DNA of 64,000 nucleotides. Source: an uncultured Alphaproteobacteria bacterium. GTDB lineage: Bacteria; Pseudomonadota; Alphaproteobacteria; HIMB59; GCA-002718135. Below are positions 1 through 9,189 of the stretch, piece by piece. The stretch's first letter is position 1; each line of letters starts with the position of its first letter. The stretch covers positions 414,903 to 478,902 of the forward strand of contig CACNHX010000001.1 of the NCBI GenBank assembly GCA_902620425.1, given 5' to 3'. Made by a program: the position numbers and the translations under genes. The notes beneath the pieces were generated by a model that was given only the letters and a program-made list of their open reading frames with translations, did not search any database and was not told the origin of the DNA.

Positions 1-1404
1 TAAATCAAAAAGTTCACCGTAGTTAGCTTCTCGGTAAATAGAAATTTTATAATTATCATTAATGTAAGTTTTTAAATGTGGCATTCTTGGATTATGTCTA
101 TTTTCAACAAATATATGTGAACGGATACTTTCCTTGGTGCCATAAAATACATCCGTTTGATCCACTCCTTGCATTTGGGTTGGTATATCAATGCCCGCGA
201 CTTTTAAAAATGTTGGCGCAAGATCAACTAAACTCAATAAAGATGAAGATGATGAATTTTGAGGAACTTTATCTGGCCATCTAACAATAAATGGTAAACG
301 GAGCATATCTTCATAGTGGAATGGTCCTTTAGCAATTAAACCATGCTGTCCTATAAAGTGACCATGATCAGTAGTAAAAATAATTATAGTATTATCAAGT
401 TCACCCATTTGATCTAACTTATTAATTATTTTTCCAATATTCTTATCCATAAAACTAACCATGCCATAATAAATTGCCATATCTTTTTTTAATTCTTCCA
501 TAGGATACAGATGACTCATGCATCCATGAGCGTTAAATGGTGAATGCCAATTTTCAAAATCAGGATTTGTCGTTTGTGTTTTTCCAAAATGTGGTGGATT
601 TAATTCGTGTTCACCTTCTTTTAACGTTCCAGGTGACATGTCTTCTGGATTATACATTGATGCCCATGGTTCACTTAATACATATGGTGGATGTGGATCC
701 TGAAAACTTGTCCAAAGAAAAAATGGCTTGTCATCTTTTTGTTGATCTAAAAATTCAATTGATCTTTCGGCTGTCCAATTTGTGTAGTGATGTTTTTCGT
801 CTAACTTCCAAACCCTATCTGGTCTTGCCCAGTAGTCATATTCACGAGCAATTGGAGGAGCATATTTAGAAGTTTCACCAGGCACTGGTTGAAAATATTC
901 TTTCCAATCACTAAGACCGTTTTGTTCCATCCAAATTGCATAATGTTGACCTACATGACTTTCATCTGCATGATTACGTGCTAGCTCAATATGTTCAAAG
1001 CCATACCAAGGACCTTTAAAATTTTTCCAAAATTCTAAATCTCTTAAAGTTGGTTGTCCTTCTATAGATTCCTGACCTGGAACTGAAGTTAATGGCTGGA
1101 AATGTGCTTTACCAATTAACCCAGTAGAGTAACCATTTTTGTATAAAAGTTCTCCAATAGTTTCTACTTCTTCATCTAATTTAACTCCAATTGTCCAAGC
1201 TCCATGAGAAGACGGATATTGTCCAGTAATAATACTTGCTCTTGATGGTGTACAAACTGGTGATGGACAATAAGCTCTTGTAAAATTCATTCCCTCGTCA
1301 CAAAGCTTATCTAAATACGGTGTTTGTATTTTTGAATTAAATTTTCCAATAGTATCATGATGTTGTTGATCGGAAGTTATTAATAAAATATTTGGCCTTT
1401 TCAT
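1..1404 (-). CDS. Sulfatase (Cys-type formylglycine-dependent family), 3' end runs off the window start
   Basis: Not in ORF track. Manual translation from ATG at 1404: MKRPNILLITSDQQHHD...YCPSPVCTPSRASIITG (CxPxR signature), LIGKAH, later FTTDHGH...KGPFHYE. No signal peptide. I translated these segments, not every codon. Confidence 0.92.
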   Translation of the reverse strand, partial: MKRPNILLITSDQQHHDTIGKFNSKIQTPYLDKLCDEGMNFTRAYCPSPVCTPSRASIITGQYPSSHGAWTIGVKLDEEVETIGELLYKNGYSTGLIGKAHFQPLTSVPGQESIEGQPTLRDLEFWKNFKGPWYGFEHIELARNHADESHVGQHYAIWMEQNGLSDWKEYFQPVPGETSKYAPPIAREYDYWARPDRVWKLDEKHHYTNWTAERSIEFLDQQKDDKPFFLWTSFQDPHPPYVLSEPWASMYNPEDMSPGTLKEGEHELNPPHFGKTQTTNPDFENWHSPFNAHGCMSHLYPMEELKKDMAIYYGMVSFMDKNIGKIINKLDQMGELDNTIIIFTTDHGHFIGQHGLIAKGPFHYEDMLRLPFIVRWPDKVPQNSSSSSLLSLVDLAPTFLKVAGIDIPTQMQGVDQTDVFYGTKESIRSHIFVENRHNPRMPHLKTYINDNYKISIYREANYGELFDL

Positions 1405-1406
1405 AT

Positions 1407-2258
1407 TTAACCTTTTACAGCTCCTTGAACACCTTCAACGAAATATTTTTGCATAAACAAAAACAAAATAATTATAGGCAAAATAGTTATAACAGATGCA
1501 GCTGCCATACCAGACCAATCAACAAAGTATTCACCTTTAAAAGCGTACACACCTACAGATAGTGTTCGTATATCAGGATTACCTAATGTGATGACGACTG
1601 GTAATAAAAAGTCATTCCATGCATGTAAAACTTGTAGAATAGAAACTGTGGCTACTACTGGTTTTGTTAAAGGTAACATGATTGAAATAAATGTTCGAAC
1701 AAAACCCGCTCCATCCATTTTAGCTGCTTCTTCAAGCTCTACAGGAACTCTTGAAAAATATCCTGCAAACAATAAAATATAAATTACAGGGGTGTGTCCT
1801 GCTGTTGCGAGTGTTAATCCAATTAAGTTTTTAGAAATATTTAAATTATTTAATAAATCAAAAACAGGAATAATTGTGTAACCTTGAGGAATAAAAATTG
1901 TACTAATTAAAATTCCAATAAGTATTTTTTTTCCTGGAAAAGAATATCTTCCAATTACGTAACCAAACATACCAGTTGTTACGACAACTATAATCACAGA
2001 AACAACTGTAATAATAAGGGTATTAAAAAAATACCTACCCATATTTGCACCAAACCATGCTCTTTCAAAATTTTCCCAAACAAGCCGGTCAGGGATTAAA
2101 CCTAAGCCTCCCCAAATTTCAAAATCAGTTTTGAAAGAGGCTGAAAGTACCCACAGTAATGGATAGATCCAAAAGAAAGAGAAAATAATAAAAGCTATTG
2201 TTATAATTAAATATTTAACTTGGTTTTTTTCAGCAATAAAATTTAAGTATCTACTCAT
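1407..2258 (-). CDS. Carbohydrate ABC transporter (CUT1) permease 2
   Basis: EAA motif (ELEEAAKMDGA), MalG-like TM pattern. Start refined to ATG 2258 (MSRYL), which overlaps the upstream TGA as ATGA. Confidence 0.9.
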   Translation of the reverse strand: MSRYLNFIAEKNQVKYLIITIAFIIFSFFWIYPLLWVLSASFKTDFEIWGGLGLIPDRLVWENFERAWFGANMGRYFFNTLIITVVSVIIVVVTTGMFGYVIGRYSFPGKKILIGILISTIFIPQGYTIIPVFDLLNNLNISKNLIGLTLATAGHTPVIYILLFAGYFSRVPVELEEAAKMDGAGFVRTFISIMLPLTKPVVATVSILQVLHAWNDFLLPVVITLGNPDIRTLSVGVYAFKGEYFVDWSGMAAASVITILPIIILFLFMQKYFVEGVQGAVKG

Positions 2259-3169
2259 ATTCTTCGAGTTTTCCTCATCCATAATCCCTGAAGTACTGTA
2301 ATAAACAAAACAGCAACACCCCAAAATACTCCTGCAGCACAAGCGTATCCGAGCCGAGGCATTGTGCCAGAGTCAGTTACAAAAGCTGTTCTAAAAATAT
2401 ATATTTCCATAACTTCACTACTAAAGAATGGTCCTCCAGCGGTCATAGTTTCAATTAAAGGAAAAACATTTAGCGCTCCAACTGCCTCAACAAGAATAAT
2501 GACAATAGCAAAAGGTAGTACAATTGGTAAAATAATATGTATCCATAATCTGTATCCCTCAGCACCATCAATTTTTGCAGCATCGTAAACATCTTGTGGA
2601 ACTGTTTGTAAAGCAGCAAGCCAATACATCATGGTTATCCCTAACCATTTCCAAACATATACTCCCATTACAGTTGGAAGCACTGTGTCTGGATTTCCAA
2701 GAAAATCAATTGGAGCAGAAGTTAAATTAGTAGACATTAAAAATTTATTAGCAGGTCCATTAAATGGGCTAAATACAAAAGTCATTACAATACCAATGAT
2801 AGCAATTGCAGTAACTACAGGCATAAAGATTACAGTACGAAAGAAAGGGGCAAGTTTTAAAACCTGATTATTTAAAAATACTGCAATAATGAAACCTAAA
2901 ACTATTTTTATTGGAACTGTTCCAAACATAAAAATAAAAGAACGAATAAATGCATCCCAAAAAAATTCATCATTGACAGCTTCATAATAATTTTGAAGGC
3001 CAATAAATTTTGCTTCTTTTGTAAAACCACTCCAATCTAATAAAGAAAAATACCAAGACATTCCGATTGGATAAATGACAAACATCCCTGTAAGAATTGA
3101 ACATGGTAAAACAAATAAGTAACACCATCTTGCATCATATATTTGTTTGGATAGAGGTTTTTTGTGCAT
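2255..3169 (-). CDS. Carbohydrate ABC transporter (CUT1) permease 1
   Basis: EAA-like motif (DVYDAAKIDGA), MalF-like features (IGLQNY, WKWLGITM). Confidence 0.9.
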   Translation of the reverse strand: MHKKPLSKQIYDARWCYLFVLPCSILTGMFVIYPIGMSWYFSLLDWSGFTKEAKFIGLQNYYEAVNDEFFWDAFIRSFIFMFGTVPIKIVLGFIIAVFLNNQVLKLAPFFRTVIFMPVVTAIAIIGIVMTFVFSPFNGPANKFLMSTNLTSAPIDFLGNPDTVLPTVMGVYVWKWLGITMMYWLAALQTVPQDVYDAAKIDGAEGYRLWIHIILPIVLPFAIVIILVEAVGALNVFPLIETMTAGGPFFSSEVMEIYIFRTAFVTDSGTMPRLGYACAAGVFWGVAVLFITVLQGLWMRKTRRI

Positions 3170-3172
3170 AGT

Positions 3173-3203
3173 AAAAAAAGGCGAATTTAAAAAATTCGCC
3201 TTT
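3173..3203 (-). terminator. Intrinsic terminator-like hairpin downstream of SBP gene
   Basis: Perfect 12-bp stem AAAGGCGAATTT/AAATTCGCCTTT (3177-3203) with a T7 tract on the minus strand. Confidence 0.8.
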
Positions 3204-3214
3204 AGATATTTTGT

Positions 3215-4747
3215 TTAAAGTTCTTGATACTTTTCAGCACCGTAGTTTGAGTATACATCCCAATTAGGGAAGACCCAATCATCACGAGTTACATTAGCAC
3301 CGTCTGCTCTTGCCTCTTCAACAGCTTTATCAAGAGCATCTTCATACCTTTGATTACAATCTTTAAGTTGTGCTTCCACACCTTTAAGTTGTCCAGTATA
3401 CAACCCTTGAATAACTAGAGCCAAAGAAGGATCTGGTACTCTAGACTTTGCAGCTACAATACCAACATCTTTATTTCTTACAATTGGATTAGGTCCAACA
3501 AGTATGTTTTCAGCAAACATAGCTAAAGCTTGTGCTGATGGTCCGGTTAAACCAGCTTTAGCAACTGCATCTGGATTAACAGCAGGGTCTGCTGCACCAA
3601 CAGTTTGAGCCCAGTAAATTTGACCTTGCTCAGTTCCCATAAATCTAATCAGATCACCAGCAAATGGTCCCATTGTACTATTAGCACTTAACCAAAAAGT
3701 ATTTGATCCACCTTCTGCAATGTAAAGTGGTTGTGCTTCTTTTCCATCTGGAACTGGTTCACTTGCAATACCATATTTCCAATCTGGAGCATCTCTTCCC
3801 CAAACTCCAATACACCAAGGGCCTTGGAATATCATTCCTGCTGCACCTTGTGGCATCAAAGCTCTAGCTTGAGGAGCGTTCATACTCATAACTCCTGGGA
3901 AAGCACTACCATCTGATTTTAATTGAAGAAGTAATTCAACTGCTTCCATATATTGATCAGATGCAATTTGGAATTTACCATTTTGGAAGTTGATGTGTCT
4001 GTTTGTGAATCCACCTCTTCCGCTATGTGCTCCACCTACTTGTCCAAACGTATGGACAACATCTTCCCATCGATTAACTTGGTTACCACCAATAATCCAA
4101 CCATAATACTGACCATTACCATTTTTAGTAATTTTTTTTGCAGCATCTCTGATTTCAGAATAGGTCATACGACCAGCTTGAGGATCATAACCAGCCTCAC
4201 TCATGTATTTTTCACTATACAATAGACAGGTTCCCGTTCTCTTGTTTGCTGTTAAGCATGTACCATAAGTCTTTCCATTGAATTGGTTGACACCAGGTAG
4301 ATAAACACCACTAGGGAATGCAGCTAACCATTCATCGATATTTTCAATGTAGTCATCCCAAGGTTGCACCCAACCTTCAGCTACTGCAACACCTGGATCC
4401 ATTCCTAAAGGTAATTGGAATACATCATGAACAGTTCCATTTCTTATAGCGATTGGAACAATTTTGTTTATTTCTTTCCATGGCAATCCATCATATTCAA
4501 TAGTTATGCCTCTTGAAGCTGCATATTCTGGAAATAATTTTTTCCAAAAGACACCTTTCATATCACCACTATCAATCCATCGCATATTGCCACCAGTTGT
4601 TGGTAATGGTTTTAGTGGATCAGGAATATTATATTCTCCAGCAAATAGTTTTGAAGGTATAGATCCTGCTGACATCATTGCACCTGCAGCAAGAGCTCCT
4701 TTCATAACTGTACGTCTAGAGATTTTTAATTCTTTTTTCTTTTTCAT
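3215..4747 (-). CDS. CUT1 ABC transporter substrate-binding protein with Tat signal
   Basis: N-terminal twin-arginine motif ISRRTVMKGALAAG; family-1 SBP features (GAAGMIFQGPW); adjacent to two CUT1 permeases. Confidence 0.85.
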   Translation of the reverse strand: MKKKKELKISRRTVMKGALAAGAMMSAGSIPSKLFAGEYNIPDPLKPLPTTGGNMRWIDSGDMKGVFWKKLFPEYAASRGITIEYDGLPWKEINKIVPIAIRNGTVHDVFQLPLGMDPGVAVAEGWVQPWDDYIENIDEWLAAFPSGVYLPGVNQFNGKTYGTCLTANKRTGTCLLYSEKYMSEAGYDPQAGRMTYSEIRDAAKKITKNGNGQYYGWIIGGNQVNRWEDVVHTFGQVGGAHSGRGGFTNRHINFQNGKFQIASDQYMEAVELLLQLKSDGSAFPGVMSMNAPQARALMPQGAAGMIFQGPWCIGVWGRDAPDWKYGIASEPVPDGKEAQPLYIAEGGSNTFWLSANSTMGPFAGDLIRFMGTEQGQIYWAQTVGAADPAVNPDAVAKAGLTGPSAQALAMFAENILVGPNPIVRNKDVGIVAAKSRVPDPSLALVIQGLYTGQLKGVEAQLKDCNQRYEDALDKAVEEARADGANVTRDDWVFPNWDVYSNYGAEKYQEL

Positions 4748-4840
4748 TAATTCCTCCCTATTTTTTTTTTATCTTACGTGAAATAGGTAAAATAACAATT
4801 GAAAATAAAATTAAAATTGTGTTAATATTTATTAATTTTT

Positions 4841-5266
4841 ATGAAATATTTACACACAATGGTGAGGGTTGAGAATATTGATGCTTCGCTAGACTTTTAT
4901 TGTAACAAACTTGGATTAAAAGAAGTACGACGAGTTGAAAACGAAAAAGGTCGTTTTACCCTCATATTTTTAGGTGCTGAAAATAGCGATGAAAGAACGG
5001 GTCTTCTTGAATTAACATATAATTGGGATCCTGAAAAATATACTGGGGGCAGAAACTTTGGTCATCTAGCTTACAGTGTTAACAATATTTATGAAGTGTG
5101 TGAAAAATTAATGAATAACGGCGTCACAATTAATAGACCACCTCGTGATGGACATATGGCTTTTGTCCGCTCTCCCGATGGAATTTCCATTGAGATATTA
5201 CAAGAAGGGGAATCTTTACCAGAACAGGAACCATGGAAGTCTATGGAAAATTCTGGAAGTTGGTAA
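4841..5266 (+). CDS. gloA: Lactoylglutathione lyase (glyoxalase I, VOC family)
   Basis: MKYLHTMVRV, LELTYNW, FGHLAY, FVRSPDGISIE metal-binding motifs. Confidence 0.88.
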   Translation: MKYLHTMVRVENIDASLDFYCNKLGLKEVRRVENEKGRFTLIFLGAENSDERTGLLELTYNWDPEKYTGGRNFGHLAYSVNNIYEVCEKLMNNGVTINRPPRDGHMAFVRSPDGISIEILQEGESLPEQEPWKSMENSGSW

Positions 5267-5267
5267 T

Positions 5268-6500
5268 TTATAAAGCTAGTTGTTTTTTTCCTAAAGGAGT
5301 TAAGTCGTCAATTGTAGCTCTGTTTTTATAAGTAACTTCATAATCCTCAGCTGCAAAATCGGGTGGGCTTTTTCCCTCGATAAATTTTTTGGATTGCTTT
5401 TGAGCATAAGCTAAATTTTTTTCACAGTAAGGTGTGGATCCAACATACACCACATTTGAATAACCTGTTCCAGAATGATGATCTTCCACTGCATGAACTA
5501 CATCTGGATGCCACCACACTGTATCACCTGCATTCATTTTTGGAATTGAGACTAATCCCCTTAATAAAAGAGAGTGATACGTCGAATTAACAGACAGTGC
5601 CCTTGCTGGTTTAGAACCACATAATTCATTTTCATTTACATCCTCCATTAAGGCTCTTGTTAAAATAAAGGCCATGGACTTTGCTATTGGTATTAATTGC
5701 AGTGTACCATCTCCAGGACCTTGTTGAGTTAAAGCCACCCAACCTTGAAAAGTTCTAAAGACATGACTAACAGCAGGAGATTCTATTTCTTGAGTTTTAT
5801 TTCTATAAGAAGCATTAAAGGGATCATATTCTAGAAATTTGTCAGCAAAAACTTTTTCGTAAACTGATTGATACCCTTTATCTATCCATCTTTCAACTGA
5901 GCCAGCATCACAGTGAGGTGATAATCCTAAAGTTGAGTCTCCTGGTTCTCTTCTTCGAATACGATCAGCATAAACAAGTTCTTGATTAGGATCAAAAATT
6001 ACTTCATCTTTATTTTTATTGATCCAAAGATTATTTAACCATTTTTTTACAACATCCATTTCAGCAGATTGTCTTATTTGCACTTGTGTTTTTGACCAAT
6101 ACAATCCAAATATCTGCGGTTTACCTGATTTTAATTCACTGAAATATTTATCTAAATCAGCTTTTTTCTTTTGATCTTCATAATAGTTATTTTCTTCAAT
6201 ATAATTTTCTAAATTTTTATTCATTTCATCCATCATATTATCTTCAAAAACATCTCTTATAATAACACAACCTTTTTGTTTAACTTCTCTTTCAAATTCT
6301 TCTGTATTTGAATTTAAATCTTGGAATTTAATCTCTGGAATAATTTGTTTATTATTTTTCTTTAAGTCTTCTATTTTTATAATTTCACTTAAAATATATT
6401 TTTCAATTTTTGAAAAATTTTCTCTAAAATTCTTTGATTTATTTCTTAAAATATTTTTTTCTTTAATAATTATGTCTTCAATATTTTTTAAATCAATCAT
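5268..6500 (-). CDS. YbiU/DUF1479-family putative Fe(II)/2-oxoglutarate oxygenase
   Basis: YADRIRRREPG, PHCDAGSVERW (HxD), FRTFQGW, WWHPDVVHAVE (distal His). Confidence 0.8.
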   Translation of the reverse strand: MIDLKNIEDIIIKEKNILRNKSKNFRENFSKIEKYILSEIIKIEDLKKNNKQIIPEIKFQDLNSNTEEFEREVKQKGCVIIRDVFEDNMMDEMNKNLENYIEENNYYEDQKKKADLDKYFSELKSGKPQIFGLYWSKTQVQIRQSAEMDVVKKWLNNLWINKNKDEVIFDPNQELVYADRIRRREPGDSTLGLSPHCDAGSVERWIDKGYQSVYEKVFADKFLEYDPFNASYRNKTQEIESPAVSHVFRTFQGWVALTQQGPGDGTLQLIPIAKSMAFILTRALMEDVNENELCGSKPARALSVNSTYHSLLLRGLVSIPKMNAGDTVWWHPDVVHAVEDHHSGTGYSNVVYVGSTPYCEKNLAYAQKQSKKFIEGKSPPDFAAEDYEVTYKNRATIDDLTPLGKKQLAL

Positions 6501-6507
6501 AGTTCAA

Positions 6508-7485
6508 TTAAATTTTTACTTTATAATATTTTTCGGGATTAGTGGCCAAAGCTATAACAGATGGAAGAACAAGTCTATAAAATTCAAATAAGCTTTTGAA
6601 AGGTTTAGGTAATTGATCGTCTATTTCTTTTCTTAATTTTTTAAGATTATAGGAAGGTATCATCGGAAACATATGATGTTCTAAATGATATTCCATATGC
6701 CAATAAAGAAAACTTAAAATTGGGTTTATTCTTACAGAATAAGTGCTTAAGCGGTGATCTTTTGTGTCAACTTTAGCAGCTAGATGTTGAGTCACATTAA
6801 CAGCAAACCAAATTGGCTTCCCAATATAAGTTGGTAAAATAATATAAATTATTGGTAAAAGAGAACCTATGTAAAAAGAATATGCAATGACTGATAACCA
6901 AATGAAGAGATATAATCTTGAGTTCCAAAGAATTTTTTTCTTTTCTTCTTTAGGTGCTGTTATATCAATAACTGGAGTGAATTTTCCAAAAGCATGTTTT
7001 AAAACTTCAAATTTAATTAATTTATGTGGGTATAATAAATCTGTAAGAGGTATAAAATTCAAAAAGAATGCAAATAATTCTATCGGTCTTGATACTTGAA
7101 TTTCGTGATCATAATCATCTTCTGTTTGTAATGTTTTTGAATGATGAAAAGTATGACTCCAACGCCATCTAAAACCTTCAAAGTCACACATGAAAGAACT
7201 GATGTGATAAAAAAATTCGTTTATCCAACGAGTCTTGAATGCAGTTCGATGAACAGTTTCATGCCAGTTTGCTACACTGAAAGCGTAAATTGTACCATAA
7301 ATAAAAAAGAATAGATATGTCCACCACGTACTTAAGGTAATGTATGCTAAATATCCTGAAATAAATAAAAATAAAAAATAAAAGAAGAAATGGATTAGTC
7401 CAGGCAGATCTCTTCTTTTACTTAAGACTTTTAATTTTTTTCTGTCGACTTCTGGTCTGTACCAATCATCGAGATTAATTTCCAT
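6508..7485 (-). CDS. Membrane diiron fatty-acid-desaturase-superfamily enzyme, MocD-like
   Basis: Three His boxes HETVH, HTFHH, HLEHH. Segments HETVHRTAFKTRW and WRWSHTFHH resemble rhizobial MocD (recalled, not searched). Confidence 0.8.
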   Translation of the reverse strand: MEINLDDWYRPEVDRKKLKVLSKRRDLPGLIHFFFYFLFLFISGYLAYITLSTWWTYLFFFIYGTIYAFSVANWHETVHRTAFKTRWINEFFYHISSFMCDFEGFRWRWSHTFHHSKTLQTEDDYDHEIQVSRPIELFAFFLNFIPLTDLLYPHKLIKFEVLKHAFGKFTPVIDITAPKEEKKKILWNSRLYLFIWLSVIAYSFYIGSLLPIIYIILPTYIGKPIWFAVNVTQHLAAKVDTKDHRLSTYSVRINPILSFLYWHMEYHLEHHMFPMIPSYNLKKLRKEIDDQLPKPFKSLFEFYRLVLPSVIALATNPEKYYKVKI

Positions 7486-7499
7486 GCTTGATAATTAAA

Positions 7500-8435
7500 T
7501 TAATTATCCCAACGATCTAACCATGACCCATCAACTGTGGAGTCAAATTGGTCTTTTTTTGAAGTCCCTCTAAATTTAGTGTGTTGTTCTTCATAACCTT
7601 TAAACCAAGAATCCCAATCAGCTGTATAGCTTGGGTCTTCTGATTTTCTCATTATGATTGGATCAACCAAACCAGTATGAAAACCAGCTTCATCTTTTGG
7701 ATTTTGAAATCGTAGGTCAACGCTCCACCTTACATCCTCAGATAAATTTTCAAGTGATCGATGAGGAACTAATTGATGTAAAAATAAAACTGAACCAGCC
7801 TTCATTTCACAAGTAACAACTTTCTCTTCTGGAATATCTTTGTCTTCAATAAATAAATACCAAGAATCTTTTACTGAACCATCTTTCTTTTCTAATTTAT
7901 GATTCAAAACTCTTTCAGGTCTATGTCCTCCAGGAACAACTTGCATGCATCCATTATTTTTATTTACATCTAGAAATGGAATCCACGCAGCAGGCTGAGT
8001 GGTTTTTTCTGCTCCATCTTTTAAATAAGCAGAATCTTGGTGCCATGGAACTGTCATCCTAGCTGTCTGAGGTGTTTTAGATCTAATATTCCAAACTGGA
8101 TGACCAGAAATATCTTTGCCAACCCAATTTTCAACCATATCTAAAAGTTTTTTTGATCCCCATAAGTTAGCGAGGGCTGGTTTTAATTCGCCTCTATGAT
8201 GAATTAAAACTGAAGAACCTTTAAAATCTCTTTCGAGAGCAGCTAGTCTTTTAAAAACATCTTTATCATCATGTTTGTTTGTAATTTTTCCAGCTTGAAA
8301 AGCTTTTTCTGCAAAATCATCAACAATTTCTTCAAATTCATTTAATATTGGATTTAAATCATCCATACTAAAAACATTTTCAACGATCGTATAACCTTCT
8401 TCGTTATATTGTTTTATTTGCGCATCACTAATCAT
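7500..8435 (-). CDS. Phytanoyl-CoA dioxygenase (PhyH) family Fe(II)/2OG oxygenase
   Basis: VPWHQD (HxD), WIPF, GCMQVVPGGH, HQLVPHRS...RWSVDLRF. Start refined to ATG 8435 behind a GGAGG SD. Confidence 0.85.
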   Translation of the reverse strand: MISDAQIKQYNEEGYTIVENVFSMDDLNPILNEFEEIVDDFAEKAFQAGKITNKHDDKDVFKRLAALERDFKGSSVLIHHRGELKPALANLWGSKKLLDMVENWVGKDISGHPVWNIRSKTPQTARMTVPWHQDSAYLKDGAEKTTQPAAWIPFLDVNKNNGCMQVVPGGHRPERVLNHKLEKKDGSVKDSWYLFIEDKDIPEEKVVTCEMKAGSVLFLHQLVPHRSLENLSEDVRWSVDLRFQNPKDEAGFHTGLVDPIIMRKSEDPSYTADWDSWFKGYEEQHTKFRGTSKKDQFDSTVDGSWLDRWDN

Positions 8436-8449
8436 AATTCCTCCCAAAA

Positions 8450-9187
8450 TTATCCATTCACTAATAAATCAGTTAGATGATCTATTGTTGTGTCTTTTTT
8501 ATCCAAATCAGCAATTTTTTCACCTCTTGCCATTACACATAAATGATCAGCAATTGGATATACATGACTCAAGTTGTGAGTAATAAATATTGATGTCACG
8601 CCTTGGCTTTTTAATCCTTCTACAAACCTTAGTACTTTATTTGTTTCTTTTACTGATAAGTGGTTTGTTGGTTCGTCTAATATTAAAACTTTTGACTTAA
8701 AATACATTGCTCTTGCAATCACAACACCTTGTCTTTCTCCTCCAGACAATTGGTTAACTGGTGTATCTGGAGATCGAAGATGCAGTTCAACATCTGTTAG
8801 TGCTTTCATCGCATCGTCCTGCATGGTTTTAGTTTTCATTAAACCAAAATTGCCAACATTATATTGAGTTTGTTCACGTCCAATAAAAATATTTCTTGCA
8901 ATAGACATTTCAGGGATCAAAGCTGAATACTGATAAATTGTTTCAATGCCTAAATTCATTGCTTCTTTTGTAGATTTAAATTTAACCTTATTACCTTCAA
9001 AATATATATGACCTGAATCAGGTTGATGTGCACCAGATAAAATTTTAATTAATGTTGATTTACCAGCACCATTGTCTCCAATAAGACCGACAACAGAGTC
9101 TTTTTTTATCTTTAAGCTTAAATCTTTTAAAGCATGAACTCCTGAATAGTATTTGTTTAAACCCTCACAAACTATTATATCTTCCAT
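8450..9187 (-). CDS. Sugar ABC transporter (CUT2) ATP-binding protein
   Basis: Walker A GDNGAGKST, signature LSGGERQ, Walker B LILDEPT. Confidence 0.93.
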   Translation of the reverse strand: MEDIIVCEGLNKYYSGVHALKDLSLKIKKDSVVGLIGDNGAGKSTLIKILSGAHQPDSGHIYFEGNKVKFKSTKEAMNLGIETIYQYSALIPEMSIARNIFIGREQTQYNVGNFGLMKTKTMQDDAMKALTDVELHLRSPDTPVNQLSGGERQGVVIARAMYFKSKVLILDEPTNHLSVKETNKVLRFVEGLKSQGVTSIFITHNLSHVYPIADHLCVMARGEKIADLDKKDTTIDHLTDLLVNG

Positions 9188-9189
9188 CT

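Noticed and set aside
78-869. Short plus-strand ORFs 78-284 and 537-869
   Set aside because: Antisense shadows of the sulfatase; no recognisable motifs.
6508-7485. Membrane-lipid fatty acid desaturase
   Set aside because: His boxes are shared across the superfamily; sequence segments and catabolic context fit a MocD-like oxygenase better. Not fully excluded without phylogeny.
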